DNA of 64,000 bases from Prochlorococcus sp. AG-388-D03 (GTDB lineage Bacteria; Cyanobacteriota; Cyanobacteriia; PCC-6307; Cyanobiaceae): positions 1,781-65,780 of the forward strand of contig QCGN01000005.1 of assembly GCA_003279875.1 (NCBI GenBank). The letters run 5' to 3'. The notes beneath the pieces were generated by a model. It saw only the letters and a program-made list of their open reading frames with translations. It had not been told where the DNA came from and made no database searches. A program made the translations under genes and the position numbers. Positions within the stretch are counted from its first letter, which is position 1; each line of letters starts with the position of its first letter. Below, one piece after another: positions 39,215 through 51,855 of the stretch.

Positions 39215-40156
39215 CTAGATATTAGTATCAGTATTTGAAATTTCCCATAAAGACTTTCTCTGGCTGACAAAGAAAACTGAAATTAATACAAAAACCACTC
39301 CTATCCATTGAATGATTGTTAATCTTTCATTTAGGTAAACACCTCCTGTAAGGAGAGCAAATATTGGCGTTAAAAATGCAAGAGTGCTAAACCCTGTTAT
39401 TTCTTTATTATTTGCAAAATAGAAAAACAATCCATAGGCCAAAGCACCTCCAAATATACTTGCAAATGACATCAATCCCCATTCAAATATTGACCAATTT
39501 GGTACCAATTGGAAATTTGTTTGCAAGCAATGTTTGATAATTAATGGAAAACTTCCCAAAACCATATGCCACCCAGTTACTGCGACTGGATCACTTTTAG
39601 TGCAGGTGAATCTTATCAAAATTGTTCCTAATGCCATAGCCAGAGATGCTCCTAGCATCCAAAGTTCTCCAACATTAAGCGTGATATCACTAATATTTTT
39701 ATCAGACATTAACCACCAATTTTGCAAAAGTTCTTTTGGAACTCCTAAAAAAATTATTCCACCTAAGCCAAAAAGCAACCCTAGCCATCCGATTGGATTA
39801 ATTAAATTACCGAAAATTGCTCTTGCCAAGAGTGCTACAAGTAAGGGTTGAGAATCAATCAAAACAGAGCCCAGCCCAGCTCCTGTTTTTGAAATCCCAT
39901 ATGTTAAAAATAATTGAAAAAACGTTGCGTCTACGATGGTAAAAACTAAGAACCATTTCAAATCGCACTTATAAATCTTTAAATCTCTTTTAGCTAAATA
40001 TGTTGTAATAAGAACAAGAACTCCCGCAGGCAGCAATCTTAATGAAGCAACTAAATCCGGTCCAGCACTAGAGACCAGGGGGGTCATAGCTGCCATTGAA
40101 GTCCCCCAAAGTGCAAAAGGGAGTATCATTAAAAACCAATTTAGGATTGAATTCAT
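39215..40156 (-). CDS. DMT/EamA family transporter
   Basis: LWGT, RLLPAG, SQPL, E.L repeats; about 10 TMs. Confidence 0.9.
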   Translation of the reverse strand: MNSILNWFLMILPFALWGTSMAAMTPLVSSAGPDLVASLRLLPAGVLVLITTYLAKRDLKIYKCDLKWFLVFTIVDATFFQLFLTYGISKTGAGLGSVLIDSQPLLVALLARAIFGNLINPIGWLGLLFGLGGIIFLGVPKELLQNWWLMSDKNISDITLNVGELWMLGASLAMALGTILIRFTCTKSDPVAVTGWHMVLGSFPLIIKHCLQTNFQLVPNWSIFEWGLMSFASIFGGALAYGLFFYFANNKEITGFSTLAFLTPIFALLTGGVYLNERLTIIQWIGVVFVLISVFFVSQRKSLWEISNTDTNI

Positions 40157-40209
40157 TAGGTCTGCTGATAGTCTTTTTAGAGTAGATTTATGATTTGTAT
40201 TTAAAAAAA

Positions 40210-41019
40210 ATGATTTGGCCTTTTAGACGAAAGTCAAAAAAAAGAATGGCTCGTATAGTAATTGATGAGCCAATCACAAGTTCAACAAGAGTTTCTGTAA
40301 TCAAAGCTTTAAAACAAATTGAAGACAGAGAATTTCCAGCATTAATCCTAAGAATTGACTCTCCTGGAGGTACCGTTGGTGACAGCCAAGAAATATACTC
40401 TGCCATTAAACGACTTAAAGAGAAAGGATGTAAAGTAGTTGCTAGTTTTGGAAACATATCTGCTTCTGGTGGAGTTTACATCGGTGTAGCATCAAACAAA
40501 ATTGTAGCTAATCCAGGGACAATTACGGGCTCAATTGGTGTAATAATAAGGGGAAATAATTTATCTGAACTATTGAATAAAATAGGTATTAAGTTTGAGA
40601 CGGTAAAAAGTGGGATTTATAAAGATATTCTCTCTCCAGATAAACCTTTAAGTGATGAAGGTAGAGAATTATTGCAAGGGTTAATAGATGAAAGTTACAA
40701 ACAATTTACTGAGGCTGTAGCAGAAGGGAGAAATTTACCCGTAGAAGAGGTAAAGAAGTTTGCTGATGGGAGAATCTTTACTGGAACTCAAGCCAAAGAA
40801 CTTGGTTTAGTTGATGATATAGGTGATGAATTTGTCGCGAGAGAGATTGCAGCAGAAATGGTGAAAATCGACCCAAAAATACAACCTGTAACTTTTGGTA
40901 AGAGAAAAAAGAAAATACTAGGTCTCATACCAGGAAGTAAAATTATTCAGCAAATTATTCAAAATATATTTTTTGAAGTAAATTCAACTAATAAAATTCT
41001 TTGGTTATACAAACCTTAA
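40210..41019 (+). CDS. sppA: Signal peptide peptidase SppA
   Basis: IDSPGG, SASGG.Y, TGSIGV, DGRIFTG motifs. Confidence 0.94.
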   Translation: MIWPFRRKSKKRMARIVIDEPITSSTRVSVIKALKQIEDREFPALILRIDSPGGTVGDSQEIYSAIKRLKEKGCKVVASFGNISASGGVYIGVASNKIVANPGTITGSIGVIIRGNNLSELLNKIGIKFETVKSGIYKDILSPDKPLSDEGRELLQGLIDESYKQFTEAVAEGRNLPVEEVKKFADGRIFTGTQAKELGLVDDIGDEFVAREIAAEMVKIDPKIQPVTFGKRKKKILGLIPGSKIIQQIIQNIFFEVNSTNKILWLYKP

Positions 41020-41027
41020 TTTTAAAT

Positions 41028-41411
41028 ATGAGTAAGGATTATCTCGATAGTGGAGAAGTTATTGCTATTAGAGGAGCTACAACTTCAAGTGGAAATACAG
41101 TTAATGAAATTGAGAATTCAGTAGTTGAGCTTATTGAAGAATTAATTTTGCGAAATAGTTTGGAGCCAGAAAAGATTTTATCAATAACTTTCAGTGTTAC
41201 TAAAGATTTAGATGCATGTTTTCCAGCTTCTATTGCAAGGAAACGTTTTGGATTTAACTCAGTTGCATTTTTAGATTGCCAACAAATGCATATACCGAAT
41301 GATGTTAATTTTTGTATTAGATTAATGGCATTAGTTATTATGCCAACCAGCTCCTCCATTAATCATCCTTACTTGCGAGGCGCCTCAAATTTAAGGACTG
41401 ATAGATGTTAA
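41028..41411 (+). CDS. aroH: Chorismate mutase, AroH class
   Basis: AIRGAT, FSVT.DL...FPA, H.YLRGA..LR.D motifs. Confidence 0.93.
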   Translation: MSKDYLDSGEVIAIRGATTSSGNTVNEIENSVVELIEELILRNSLEPEKILSITFSVTKDLDACFPASIARKRFGFNSVAFLDCQQMHIPNDVNFCIRLMALVIMPTSSSINHPYLRGASNLRTDRC

Positions 41412-41479
41412 CCTTTTAAAAAGTTTTTTAATGTAAACTTTAATCTATAGAACTTCAAACATTTACCCCCCAAAAGACA

Positions 41480-42049
41480 ATGAATAATAAATACAAGAAA
41501 ATTCTTAATAAATATAGAATTTTTAAATTTTTATTATTTTCACCTTTCCTTATTTCAATACCATTTTTGCATAACGTAAAAGTTAACGCAGGATTAGAGT
41601 TTCAATGGGATCAAGATTCTGGTTATAGAAGGTTAAAATGGTATCAAAGAGATAGTGAAAGTAAATCAAGGAATACAATTTTTTTCTTTTTAAGACCTTC
41701 TGATAGAAAAGCAGGTCTTTTAAAAATAACTATGAAAATACCTAAAACTTTCAAATCAACTCTCAAAGAAGAAAAAATAAGTCTTTGCCAAGTAAAAATT
41801 GGTGGCTTTGATACTAGAACCAAATGTATTAAAGATATCTCTGCAGATATTGAACTCAACGAAGACAATACTTCACTAGATATTTTCCCCTACAATCCAA
41901 TTCCTAGTAATAAGGATAGCTATGCAATAGTATTCAAAGTATTTAATCCAAGAAGGACTGGTCTTTACCAATTCCATTCTTATGGGCAGTATTTTGGAAA
42001 GAATCCCGTTTCAAGTTATTTAGGGAGCTCAACTATAGTGATCGATTAA
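41480..42049 (+). CDS. DUF2808 family exported protein
   Basis: EF.WD, NP...G.YQF, YLG motifs; conserved position upstream of rpmH. Confidence 0.75.
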   Translation: MNNKYKKILNKYRIFKFLLFSPFLISIPFLHNVKVNAGLEFQWDQDSGYRRLKWYQRDSESKSRNTIFFFLRPSDRKAGLLKITMKIPKTFKSTLKEEKISLCQVKIGGFDTRTKCIKDISADIELNEDNTSLDIFPYNPIPSNKDSYAIVFKVFNPRRTGLYQFHSYGQYFGKNPVSSYLGSSTIVID

Positions 42050-42079
42050 ATGATAAATTGTTAAGGAGCATAAAAAAAA

Positions 42080-42217
42080 ATGACAAAAAGAACATTCGGC
42101 GGAACATCAAGAAAAAGAAAACGTGTATCTGGTTTTAGAGTAAGAATGCGTTCTCACACTGGAAGAAGAGTTATTAAAAGCAGAAGAAAAAGAGGTAGAG
42201 ATAGAATCGCCGTTTAA
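42080..42217 (+). CDS. rpmH: 50S ribosomal protein L34 (not in the ORF track)
   Basis: [45 protein letters not shown]. Confidence 0.97.
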   Translation: MTKRTFGGTSRKRKRVSGFRVRMRSHTGRRVIKSRRKRGRDRIAV

Positions 42218-42229
42218 TAATAAATAATC

Positions 42230-42622
42230 ATGATGGCCTTGCCCAAAGCTATGCGTTTAAAAGGTCATAGGACTTTTGATTATATACATAAAAATTCTGT
42301 AAAATATTACGGGAAATTAATGACTTTCAAAATAGCAAAATCAAATCCAAAAATTCTCATATCTCATAAAAATATTAATAGTTTAAATAATTTTAAAATT
42401 GCTATAGCCATAAGTAAGAAAGTTTCTAAAAAAGCAGTTGTAAGAAATAAAATTAGACGAGTATTACAAGATTACTTATTAAAAAATTTTAACCAAGAAG
42501 ATAACCACAAACCTTATTGGTTACTTGTTAACCTAAAGTCGAGTGAATCCTGCAATGATGTAATCAAATTACTGGAGGAATTTCAACACCTAATTTTTAA
42601 GTCAGGTCTTTTACATGATTAA
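42230..42622 (+). CDS. rnpA: Ribonuclease P protein component
   Basis: SKKVSKKAVVRNKIRR motif; follows rpmH. Confidence 0.94.
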   Translation: MMALPKAMRLKGHRTFDYIHKNSVKYYGKLMTFKIAKSNPKILISHKNINSLNNFKIAIAISKKVSKKAVVRNKIRRVLQDYLLKNFNQEDNHKPYWLLVNLKSSESCNDVIKLLEEFQHLIFKSGLLHD

Positions 42623-43028
42623 CATAAATGAAGAGTCTTTTTATGAAGGGGGTCCAGCCAAAAGCGATTTAATAATAAATTTATTAGCTGGCTTAACTCT
42701 TCTTGGTCTCCCATTTACTTTTGCAGCAATAGTAAGAGCTTTATGGTTAAGATATAAAATTACTAATAAAAGGATAACTATTGATGGCGGTTGGTTTGGT
42801 AAAAACAAAACACAAGTATCTTTAAATAATATTGAGGAAATAAGATCTATCCCAAGAGGCTTTGGATCCTATGGGGACATGGTTTTAATACTTAACGACG
42901 GGTCCAAAGTTGAGATGAAATCTCTACCTTTATTTAGAGAAAAACAAAAATTTATTGAAGAAAATATTATTAAAAGATCACAAACATTAAATCTCAATGA
43001 AGTTGAGGGATTTGCTACTAAATCCTGA
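42615..43028 (+). CDS. Bacterial PH-domain membrane protein
   Basis: FYEGGP, Y.ITN.RI, GDMV motifs; lies between rnpA and yidC. Confidence 0.82.
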   Translation: MININEESFYEGGPAKSDLIINLLAGLTLLGLPFTFAAIVRALWLRYKITNKRITIDGGWFGKNKTQVSLNNIEEIRSIPRGFGSYGDMVLILNDGSKVEMKSLPLFREKQKFIEENIIKRSQTLNLNEVEGFATKS

Positions 43029-43100
43029 ATAATTTAATTACAAAAGTGTTTTTATCCTGTAAAATAAAGTGTCAAATAAAACTAAATTTCTTTTAATATT

Positions 43101-44240
43101 GTGATCGGGTTCATTTCAGAAAAACTACTAATCCCGATTCTAGATTTTTTCTACGGATTAGTTCCAAGTTATGGCTTAGCAATTGTCGCACTAACTGTCG
43201 TAATAAGAATTGCACTTTTCCCTCTTAGCGCAGGATCTATAAGAAGTGCTAGAAGAATGAAAATAGCTCAACCTGTAATGCAAAAAAGGCAAGCAGAGAT
43301 AAAATCAAAATTCTCAGGTGATCCGAAAAAACAGCAAGAAGAACTAGGTAAGTTAATGAATGAATTTGGAAGCCCGCTTGCAGGATGTCTGCCTTTAATA
43401 GTTCAAATGCCAGTCTTATTTGCTTTATTTGCTACTTTAAGAGGCTCACCATTCGCAGACGTACCTTACAATATCAACCTAAAAATTTTACCGCAAGAAC
43501 AAATAGCTGCTATCGATCCAAAGCCATATAAATCTCCTAGACATTCTATATTTGTAACAGAAAAGTCCCATTTCCCTGTAGTGGCAACTTTACCTAATGG
43601 TACAAAGTTAGGTTCCGAAGAGTCAGTAAAGATAAATATGCAGACAACTAATGGCAATAGCTATTCAGAAGTCTTGTCGAAATATGATAACGGTTCAAAA
43701 TTTCTTCCTACTTGGAAAGTTTCAAAAGGTTCAGAAAACATTAAGGTTTCTCAAGATGGTTTAGTTACTGCTATTAAACCAGGAGATGCAACAATTGAAG
43801 CAAAAATTCCTGGTCTAGCAGCTAAAAGTGGTTTTTTGTTTATTAAAGCACTTGGTCAGGTTGGTTTTTACGTGGATGGTTCAATAAATTGGGATATAGC
43901 TACATTAGTTGGAGCTTTCGGTTTGACTTTACTTTTATCACAGGTTTTATCTAGTCAAGGGATGCCTTCAAATGCTCAACAATCTACTGCAAATAAAATT
44001 ACTCCAGTAATGATTACAGGTATGTTCTTGTTTTTTCCTTTACCTGCTGGAGTATTGCTTTATATGGTTGTAGCGAACATTTTCCAAGCTTTTCAGACTT
44101 TTCTACTAAACAAAGAAGCTCTTCCAGCAAACTTACAAAAAATTCTTGATGAACAATTACTAAATAAAAATAAAGTTATTCCTTCCTCTGCCAATATTAC
44201 AGACAAAAGATTACCTTTTGAACCCAATAACAAAAAGTAA
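43101..44240 (+). CDS. yidC: Membrane protein insertase YidC
   Basis: SYGLAIV.LT, PLAGCLP..VQMP, PAGVLLY motifs. Confidence 0.96.
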   Translation: MIGFISEKLLIPILDFFYGLVPSYGLAIVALTVVIRIALFPLSAGSIRSARRMKIAQPVMQKRQAEIKSKFSGDPKKQQEELGKLMNEFGSPLAGCLPLIVQMPVLFALFATLRGSPFADVPYNINLKILPQEQIAAIDPKPYKSPRHSIFVTEKSHFPVVATLPNGTKLGSEESVKINMQTTNGNSYSEVLSKYDNGSKFLPTWKVSKGSENIKVSQDGLVTAIKPGDATIEAKIPGLAAKSGFLFIKALGQVGFYVDGSINWDIATLVGAFGLTLLLSQVLSSQGMPSNAQQSTANKITPVMITGMFLFFPLPAGVLLYMVVANIFQAFQTFLLNKEALPANLQKILDEQLLNKNKVIPSSANITDKRLPFEPNNKK

Positions 44241-44260
44241 ACTAATCTCTTGCTAAATAT

Positions 44261-45727
44261 ATGGATTCTTGGAGTAGAAATTTAGAATTACTTATTAAAT
44301 CAAGAACTCCTCTAATTTGGATAAGAACTAAAGAAGAAGAGAGACTGTATAAAATTCTCAATGAATCATTTAAGAGATTAAATATTAAGAGATTCGTATC
44401 CTGGGATTGTGTTAATGGAATCAAGGGATTACTGAACGAAAAAGGTAAATTTTCTAACAATCCTTTAGGAGCTCTTAATTGGATAAAAGAACAAACTTCT
44501 GAATTACCTACAATATTATTGGTTAAAGACTTTCATAAATTTTATGATGATCCATCGATTAGTAGAACAATAAAAGAATTATCTTTTTCACTAAGAGAAA
44601 CCAGCAATAACTTAATCCTTAGTTCTCATATATTTCCCTCATCTGAGGAGCTTGATGATTTAATTACAATAATAAATTTACCTTTGCCTGATTTAAATGA
44701 ATTGACCAATCTTATAAAAAAAATTGCTTTCAATACTGATTCAGATTTAAGCGAACAAGACTTGAACGAACTTGTAATAGCATCAAGTGGTTTAAGTGAA
44801 ATAAAACTTAAGCAAGTAACTGCTAAAGCTCTTACTCAAAGAGGAAAAATAAGTAAAGATGATATCAAAGATATTCTTGAAGAGAAAAAACAAGTTATCG
44901 CCAGAAGTGAAATATTAGAATTTTTTGAAAGTAATTCAACTCAAAACGAGATTGGAGGATTAAAAGTATTAAAAGTCTGGCTTAAACAAAGATATAGAGC
45001 TTTTTCGAAAGAAGCCAGAGACTACGGACTTCCTATTCCCAAAGGTGTATTACTAGTTGGACCTCAGGGTACTGGAAAATCATTAACTGCCAAATCTATT
45101 TCTCAAAGTTGGTCAATGCCTCTTCTAAGGCTTGATGTTGGAAGATTATTTTCAAGTCTGGTCGGATCAAGCGAGGCAAGAACAAGAGATACTATTATAA
45201 GAGCAGAAGCTATGTCACCTTGCATCCTATGGATTGATGAAATAGACAAAGGATTTGGAGGAGATGCGAGAAGTGATGGGGGAACTAGTCAAAGAGTTTT
45301 AGCTAGTTTGTTAACTTGGATGGCAGAGAAAGAATCCGCCGTATTTGTAATTGCTACAGCTAATGCAATTGATAAGCTCCCAGCAGAGTTATTAAGGAAA
45401 GGTAGATTTGATGAAATATTTTTTCTTGATTTACCGAATTCTGAAGAGAGATTGAGTATCCTTGATCTACATTTAAAGAAAAGAAGGCCAAGATATAATT
45501 TTCCTCTCTCAACAATAATTGATCGAACTCAAGGATATTCTGGGGCAGAACTTGAACAAGCAGTTATAGAAGCTATGCACTTTTCATTTGATGAGAAAAG
45601 AGAACTAATGGAAAAAGATTTAATTAAGGCTATTTCTGAATTGGTCCCGCTATCAAGGACAGCTAAAGAGCAAATAGAATTCTTAAAGCAATGGTCTTCC
45701 ACAGGTCGAGCACGTCCCGCCTCATAA
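44261..45727 (+). CDS. ycf46: Ycf46-like AAA+ ATPase
   Basis: GPQGTGKS, WIDEIDK, RKGRFDE motifs. Confidence 0.85.
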   Translation: MDSWSRNLELLIKSRTPLIWIRTKEEERLYKILNESFKRLNIKRFVSWDCVNGIKGLLNEKGKFSNNPLGALNWIKEQTSELPTILLVKDFHKFYDDPSISRTIKELSFSLRETSNNLILSSHIFPSSEELDDLITIINLPLPDLNELTNLIKKIAFNTDSDLSEQDLNELVIASSGLSEIKLKQVTAKALTQRGKISKDDIKDILEEKKQVIARSEILEFFESNSTQNEIGGLKVLKVWLKQRYRAFSKEARDYGLPIPKGVLLVGPQGTGKSLTAKSISQSWSMPLLRLDVGRLFSSLVGSSEARTRDTIIRAEAMSPCILWIDEIDKGFGGDARSDGGTSQRVLASLLTWMAEKESAVFVIATANAIDKLPAELLRKGRFDEIFFLDLPNSEERLSILDLHLKKRRPRYNFPLSTIIDRTQGYSGAELEQAVIEAMHFSFDEKRELMEKDLIKAISELVPLSRTAKEQIEFLKQWSSTGRARPAS

Positions 45728-45853
45728 TTTGTTTATAGTTTGTTAATTATAAATAAAGTTAGTAATCCCTTATTTAATTAATTTTTCAGAAAAAAGCTCT
45801 AATAATGATTTGAGATAAACTATCTTATTAAGGAATAAAAAATTTAAAAAAGA

Positions 45854-47131
45854 GTGTTAGATCAAAAATTAATAAGAGAAAATCCAACATTTGTGGAAAA
45901 TAATTTATCCTTAAGAGGAAAAGTTTATGATATATCCTCCATACACAAGCTAACTTTAAAAAGAAAAGAAATTGACATAGAGATATCAAATCTACAAACA
46001 GAAAGTAAAAAATTAAGTAAAATAATTGGCCAAGAAATAAGAAATTCAATTAGTACCAATTCTAAAGAACTTAATAAACTGAAAGAGCAGGGGAATAAAT
46101 ACAGAATAAAAGTTTCAGAATTTGAAGAAAAAAAAAGGATATTAGATCAACAACTTCAAGATGAAATATCAAAGTTACCGAATTTCCCAAGTAAAGATAC
46201 ACCTCTTGGAGAAAATGAAAAAAATAATATTCAAATCAAAGCGTGGGGAGACCCTCTGAAAAAAGACAATCTCAAAACCCACTGGGAAATAGGTGAAAAT
46301 TTAAATCTATTTGATACTGCAAAATCAACAAAAATTGCAAAAAGTCGTTTTATTACTCTTAAAGGGAATGGAGCAAGGTTGGAGAGGGCTTTAATTAATT
46401 TCATGCTAGATGTTCATACAAATAATGGGTATTTAGAGTTAATGCCTCCAGCTTTAGTTAATTCAGAAAGTCTTCAAGGATCTGGTCAACTACCGAAATT
46501 TTCAAATGAGAGTTTTAAGTGCGCTAATGATGATTTATGGCTCTCTCCAACTGCAGAAGTACCTCTGACTGCTTTTCATAAAAATGAGATTATTGATTCA
46601 AAAATTTTACCTTTGAAATATGTAGCTTACAGTCCTTGTTTTAGGAGAGAAGCGGGTAGTTATGGAAGGGATACTAAAGGTTTAATAAGACTTCATCAAT
46701 TTAATAAGGTTGAATTATATTGGTTTAGTGACCCAAATAAATCTTTAGAGGCACATAAAGCAATAACTGCTGATGCAGAAAGTATTTTAAAAAAACTAAA
46801 CTTACCATATAGATTAGTCGATATTTGTACTGGAGATTTAGGGTTTTCTTCTAGCAGAACTTTTGATCTAGAGGTCTGGCTACCTAGCAATAAATGTTAT
46901 AGAGAAATATCTAGTTGCAGTAATTGCAAAGACTTTCAGGCTCGTAGATCATCAATAAGAACAAAAATTGATAAGAAAAATTCATATATCCACACTCTAA
47001 ATGGAAGTGGTTTAGCTATAGGGAGAACAATGGCTGCAATTCTTGAGAATGGTCAGCAACCTGATGGAAGTGTAAAAATTCCTGAGGCTTTAGTTCCATA
47101 CTTTGGATCATCTTTAATAAAAACTAACTAA
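45854..47131 (+). CDS. serS: Serine--tRNA ligase
   Basis: PTAEVP, FRREAG, HQFNKVE, EISSCSN, LNGSGLA motifs. Confidence 0.98.
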   Translation: MLDQKLIRENPTFVENNLSLRGKVYDISSIHKLTLKRKEIDIEISNLQTESKKLSKIIGQEIRNSISTNSKELNKLKEQGNKYRIKVSEFEEKKRILDQQLQDEISKLPNFPSKDTPLGENEKNNIQIKAWGDPLKKDNLKTHWEIGENLNLFDTAKSTKIAKSRFITLKGNGARLERALINFMLDVHTNNGYLELMPPALVNSESLQGSGQLPKFSNESFKCANDDLWLSPTAEVPLTAFHKNEIIDSKILPLKYVAYSPCFRREAGSYGRDTKGLIRLHQFNKVELYWFSDPNKSLEAHKAITADAESILKKLNLPYRLVDICTGDLGFSSSRTFDLEVWLPSNKCYREISSCSNCKDFQARRSSIRTKIDKKNSYIHTLNGSGLAIGRTMAAILENGQQPDGSVKIPEALVPYFGSSLIKTN

Positions 47132-47140
47132 TATAAAACA

Positions 47141-48220
47141 ATGAATGTTTTAACCTCAATAACAGTATTAGGATTTCTCATTTTTTTTCACGAAATGGGT
47201 CATTTTCTTGCGGCAATATTCCAAGGAATATACGTTGATGGTTTTTCTATTGGATTTGGTCCTTCAATAATACAAAAGAAATACAAGGGCATTACATATT
47301 CATTTAGAGCCTTTCCCTTGGGAGGATTTGTTTCCTTTCCAGATGAAGAAATCAATAATATTGATCCTAAAGATCCAAATCTTTTAAAAAATAGGCCAAT
47401 AATACAAAGAGTAATCGTTATATCTGCTGGAGTATTTGCCAACTTAATTCTTGCTTATACTATCTTAATAATAAATGTAACTTCTATTGGAATTCCCTAT
47501 GAGCCAGATCCAGGAATTTTAGTTCTAGCAACTCAACCAGAAAAAGCTGCTTTTAAAGCGGGTTTAGAACCAGGAGATAAAATTTTAAAAATAGATGGGA
47601 ATTTATTAGGAGTTGGCGATCAGGCAGTATCTACTTTAGTTAATAAAATCCAAAGCTCATCAGAAGAACCAATCTCAATTGAAATTGAGAGAGAAAACTC
47701 TTATCAAAGCCTTATTTTGATTCCAAAAAGCATTGATGGGAAAGGCACAATTGGAGCTCAGTTACAACCAAATATTAAAAAAGAAACAAAAAAAACTAAA
47801 AATATCAATGAACTTTTTCAATATACTAATAGGGAGTTTTCATCACTATTAATAAAAACAATCCAAGGTTACAAGGGATTAGTTACAAATTTCTCATCAA
47901 CAGCTCAACAATTAAGTGGTCCAGTAAAAATTGTTGAAATTGGAGCGCAGTTATCTGAGCAAGGTGGTACTGGAATTTTATTGTTTGCTGCCTTGATCTC
48001 AATCAATTTAGCTGTTCTTAATTCTCTTCCGTTACCACTTCTTGATGGAGGTCAGCTAGTTTTTACTCTTATTGAAGGATTAAGAGGTAAACCCGTGCCT
48101 GTTAAAGTCCAAATCGCTGTAACACAATCAAGCTTTTTTCTTTTGGTTGGTCTAAGCGTATTATTAATAATTAGGGATACTAGCCAACTACTTATAGTAC
48201 AGAGACTACTAAATCAATAA
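47141..48220 (+). CDS. rseP: RIP metalloprotease RseP
   Basis: HEMGH, PDZ domain, N.LP.P.LDGG. Confidence 0.94.
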   Translation: MNVLTSITVLGFLIFFHEMGHFLAAIFQGIYVDGFSIGFGPSIIQKKYKGITYSFRAFPLGGFVSFPDEEINNIDPKDPNLLKNRPIIQRVIVISAGVFANLILAYTILIINVTSIGIPYEPDPGILVLATQPEKAAFKAGLEPGDKILKIDGNLLGVGDQAVSTLVNKIQSSSEEPISIEIERENSYQSLILIPKSIDGKGTIGAQLQPNIKKETKKTKNINELFQYTNREFSSLLIKTIQGYKGLVTNFSSTAQQLSGPVKIVEIGAQLSEQGGTGILLFAALISINLAVLNSLPLPLLDGGQLVFTLIEGLRGKPVPVKVQIAVTQSSFFLLVGLSVLLIIRDTSQLLIVQRLLNQ

Positions 48221-48288
48221 TTAAATTTTTAATTTTGTTAGTTGAGCTGTTAATATAAATAAATAAATAAATTAGAGTAAATTTTTTA

Positions 48289-48591
48289 ATGGCAAAAAAA
48301 TCAATGATTGCTAGAGAGGTAAAACGTAAAAAACTAGTGAAAAAATATGCTGCCAAAAGAAAATCGTTATTAGATGAATTTAATGCCGCTAAGGATCCTA
48401 TGGAAAGATTAGAAATACATAGAAAGATACAAGGACTTCCAAGAAACTCAGCTCCAACAAGAATTAGGAATAGATGTTGGGCAACGGGTAAACCAAGGGG
48501 GGTCTATAGAGATTTTGGGTTATGCAGAAACCAACTAAGGTTAAGAGCTCATAATGGAGAATTGCCAGGTGTCGTTAAATCCAGTTGGTAA
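48289..48591 (+). CDS. rpsN: 30S ribosomal protein S14
   Basis: [10 protein letters not shown]...RNRC..TG.PRG...GVVKSSW. Confidence 0.98.
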   Translation: MAKKSMIAREVKRKKLVKKYAAKRKSLLDEFNAAKDPMERLEIHRKIQGLPRNSAPTRIRNRCWATGKPRGVYRDFGLCRNQLRLRAHNGELPGVVKSSW

Positions 48592-48782
48592 TTGTAGAAA
48601 ATTTATAATTCGCAAAAAAATTTTTTACTTGTTTGTTTTACTAAAAAACAAGTATTACCAACGGATTAAGAATTTTATCAAAACTATTCTAAGAATTATT
48701 TTAAAACCTTATTTAAATAATTTACTCAATATGTCCCTACGAGATGTAAGAATAAATTATGTATAGATTTATAATTTAAAAA

Positions 48783-50948
48783 GTGGAAGGAAAAAATACG
48801 TCTATCACGTTTGACGGACGAGAGATACGACTAACTACAGGACTATATGCTCCTCAAGCAAATGGAGCCGTAATGATCGAATGTGGTGACACATCTTTAT
48901 TAGTTACTGCTACAAAAACAAGTAAGAAAGAAACTGCAGACTTTCTTCCTCTAATATGTGATTACGAGGAAAAATTATATGCCGCAGGAAGAATCCCTGG
49001 CGGTTTCATGAGAAGAGAAGGCAGGCCTCCTGAAAGAGCTACATTAATAGCAAGATTAATTGATAGGCCAATGAGGCCCCTATTCCCAATATGGATGAGA
49101 GATGAGATACAAATAGTTGCTTCTTGTCTTTCTCTTGATGAAAGAGTGCCTGCAGATGTTTTAGCAGTAACTGGAGCCTCTATAGCAACATTATTAGGAG
49201 ACATACCATTTTATGGACCAATGGCTGCTGTGAGAGTAGGATTATTGGGAGATGATTTCATCTTAAATCCAAGTTACAGAGAAATCGAAAAAGGCGATCT
49301 TGATATTGTAGTAGCCGGTTCCCCTGAAGGAATTGTGATGATTGAAGCTGGTGCAAATCAACTCTCAGAACAGGATACGATCGAAGCAATAGATTTCGGA
49401 TACGAGGCAGTAACTGAACTTATCAAATCTCAAGAAAATCTTCTTAAGGACTTAGGAATTAAGCAAGTTAAACCCTCAGAGCCAGAAGTAGATAAAACTT
49501 TAGCTTCTTATTTAGAGAAAAACTGTACAAAATCTATTGATTTAGTTTTAAAGAAATTTGATCAATCGAAAGAAGAAAGAGATTTAGAATTAGATAAAAT
49601 CAAACTTGAAGTGCAAAACAAAATTGATTCTCTTAAAGACGACAATCAATTAAAGGTGCTAACTTCAGAAAATGAAAAATTAATTCATTCTGACTTTAAA
49701 AAACTAACCAAAAAGTTAATGAGGTCTCAAATCATTAATGATGGGAAAAGAGTTGATGGTAGAGATCTTGATGAAGTTAGAAAAATATCTGCAAAAGCTG
49801 GCATACTCCCTAAAAGAGTTCATGGCTCTGCCTTATTCCAAAGAGGTCTGACTCAAGTTTTATCAACTACTACTCTTGGAACTCCAAGTGATGCTCAGGA
49901 AATGGACGATTTAAATCCAAGTACTGAGAAAACCTATCTTCATCATTACAATTTCCCTCCTTACTCAGTTGGAGAAACTAGGCCAATGAGAACCCCAGGG
50001 AGAAGGGAAATTGGCCATGGAGCTTTAGCAGAAAGAGCAATAATTCCGGTACTCCCCGGTAAGGAAACTTTCCCTTACGTTTTAAGAGTAGTTAGCGAAG
50101 TATTAAGCTCTAATGGTTCAACCTCAATGGGATCTGTTTGCGGAAGCACACTTTCGTTATTAGACGCTGGTGTCCCATTGAAAGCGCCGGTAAGTGGTAC
50201 TGCTATGGGTTTAATTAAGGAGGGCAAAGAAGTTAGGATACTTACAGATATTCAAGGGATTGAGGATTTTCTTGGAGATATGGATTTCAAAGTTGCTGGA
50301 ACTGATAAAGGCATAACTGCATTGCAAATGGATATGAAGATTACAGGATTACCAGTTTCTATAATTTCCGATGCAATAAAAAAAGCTCGCCCAGCAAGAT
50401 TGCATATTTTAGAAAAAATGCAAGCAGCAATTGATAAACCTCAAGAATCATTATCACCTCATGCTCCAAGACTTTTAAGCTTCAGGATTGATCCAGAACT
50501 TATCGGGACAGTTATTGGACCCGGCGGGAGAACTATTAAAGGTATTACTGAAAGAACCAATACAAAAATTGATATAGAAGATGGAGGAATTGTAACTATT
50601 GCCTCTCATGATGGAGCTGCTGCTGAAGAAGCTCAAAAAATAATAGAAGGTTTAACTCGAAAAGTGCATGAAGGTGAGATCTTCTCAGGAGTGGTTACCA
50701 GAATTATTCCTATAGGAGCATTTGTAGAAATTCTTCCTGGGAAAGAGGGAATGGTTCACATTTCTCAGTTGTCTGAAGCTAGAGTCGAAAGAGTTGAAGA
50801 TGTTGTAAGGCAAGGAGATGAAGTAACTGTTAGAGTAAGAGAAATCGATAGCAGAGGTAGGATTAATCTAACTTTGAGAGGAGTTGCTCAAAATGGGGGG
50901 ATGTCTTACCCAGAACCTACCCCAACTCCAGTAGCTCCCCTTAACTAA
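48783..50948 (+). CDS. pnp: Polyribonucleotide nucleotidyltransferase
   Basis: [25 protein letters not shown] and S1 domains. Confidence 0.98.
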   Translation: MEGKNTSITFDGREIRLTTGLYAPQANGAVMIECGDTSLLVTATKTSKKETADFLPLICDYEEKLYAAGRIPGGFMRREGRPPERATLIARLIDRPMRPLFPIWMRDEIQIVASCLSLDERVPADVLAVTGASIATLLGDIPFYGPMAAVRVGLLGDDFILNPSYREIEKGDLDIVVAGSPEGIVMIEAGANQLSEQDTIEAIDFGYEAVTELIKSQENLLKDLGIKQVKPSEPEVDKTLASYLEKNCTKSIDLVLKKFDQSKEERDLELDKIKLEVQNKIDSLKDDNQLKVLTSENEKLIHSDFKKLTKKLMRSQIINDGKRVDGRDLDEVRKISAKAGILPKRVHGSALFQRGLTQVLSTTTLGTPSDAQEMDDLNPSTEKTYLHHYNFPPYSVGETRPMRTPGRREIGHGALAERAIIPVLPGKETFPYVLRVVSEVLSSNGSTSMGSVCGSTLSLLDAGVPLKAPVSGTAMGLIKEGKEVRILTDIQGIEDFLGDMDFKVAGTDKGITALQMDMKITGLPVSIISDAIKKARPARLHILEKMQAAIDKPQESLSPHAPRLLSFRIDPELIGTVIGPGGRTIKGITERTNTKIDIEDGGIVTIASHDGAAAEEAQKIIEGLTRKVHEGEIFSGVVTRIIPIGAFVEILPGKEGMVHISQLSEARVERVEDVVRQGDEVTVRVREIDSRGRINLTLRGVAQNGGMSYPEPTPTPVAPLN

Positions 50949-51852
50949 TAGATAAAGGATAAATATCATATTTTTTAATTATTTCTTTTATCTGAAAACA
51001 TAATTCCGCATGCATTTTTTTATTATTTGAGGCAATTATTATTCCTCCTTGATCAAAATTTGATTTTTCATAGGAAAGTTCCTCATTTTCTAAATTTGTA
51101 ACAGCTCCACCAGATGTTTTTAAAATAATTTCTGGAGCGGCAAAATCCCAATCCTTTGGTGAACTTTCATAGGGCAAGCTTAAACAGATATAAATATCAC
51201 TTTCACCTCTAATTATTGAAGCGATTTTACAACCAATGCTTCCCATAATTAAAACATTTTTAAAACATACTTTATCAATTAACCTCATCAAAGTTGGATT
51301 ACTATGATTTTTACTTGTTACCAAAGTCATCTCACAAAGACTTTTGTTGGGAAAAGAATTTAATTTTCGATTTACATGATCCCTTCTCTCGCACCAAACA
51401 TTCTCACCATTTGATATCCATAATTCGTCTTTTTCTGGAATTAGGACAACTCCCAGAAAAGGTTTATTCTTATAATTTAGGGCAAAATGCATTGCATAAT
51501 TGCCTGTTCCTTGTATGAAGTCTTTTGTTCCATCGAGGGGATCAAGTATCCAAACCCACTCAGAATTAATATCGCAATTATCAAGATCAACCTTTGCATT
51601 TTCTTCACTTAAATATTTCCAACCAATATTTGGATATTTACATTGCATTCTTTTGAGAATTAAATCATTTACCTCTAAATCAGCTATTGTTACAGGATCT
51701 TTCTCATTATCATTTTTAATAATATTAGCTTTATCTTTTGATTTTTTAAGAATTTGCGAATATTGAAGCAAAATTTCTGCAGCTTCCCAGCTGAAAATTC
51801 TCAGATCATCGATAAGATTATTAATATCAACCCCTTCTGGTAATTTAACCAC
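50941..51852 (-). CDS. cysQ: 3'(2'),5'-bisphosphate nucleotidase CysQ
   Basis: LSEE, W..DPLDGT.DF, WD.AA motifs. Confidence 0.88.
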   Translation of the reverse strand: MVKLPEGVDINNLIDDLRIFSWEAAEILLQYSQILKKSKDKANIIKNDNEKDPVTIADLEVNDLILKRMQCKYPNIGWKYLSEENAKVDLDNCDINSEWVWILDPLDGTKDFIQGTGNYAMHFALNYKNKPFLGVVLIPEKDELWISNGENVWCERRDHVNRKLNSFPNKSLCEMTLVTSKNHSNPTLMRLIDKVCFKNVLIMGSIGCKIASIIRGESDIYICLSLPYESSPKDWDFAAPEIILKTSGGAVTNLENEELSYEKSNFDQGGIIIASNNKKMHAELCFQIKEIIKKYDIYPLSIS

Positions 51853-51855
51853 GTA

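Noticed and set aside
48554-48766. 70-aa ORF between rpsN and pnp
   Set aside because: Overlaps the rpsN end, has low-complexity AT-rich composition, and most likely covers the pnp promoter region.
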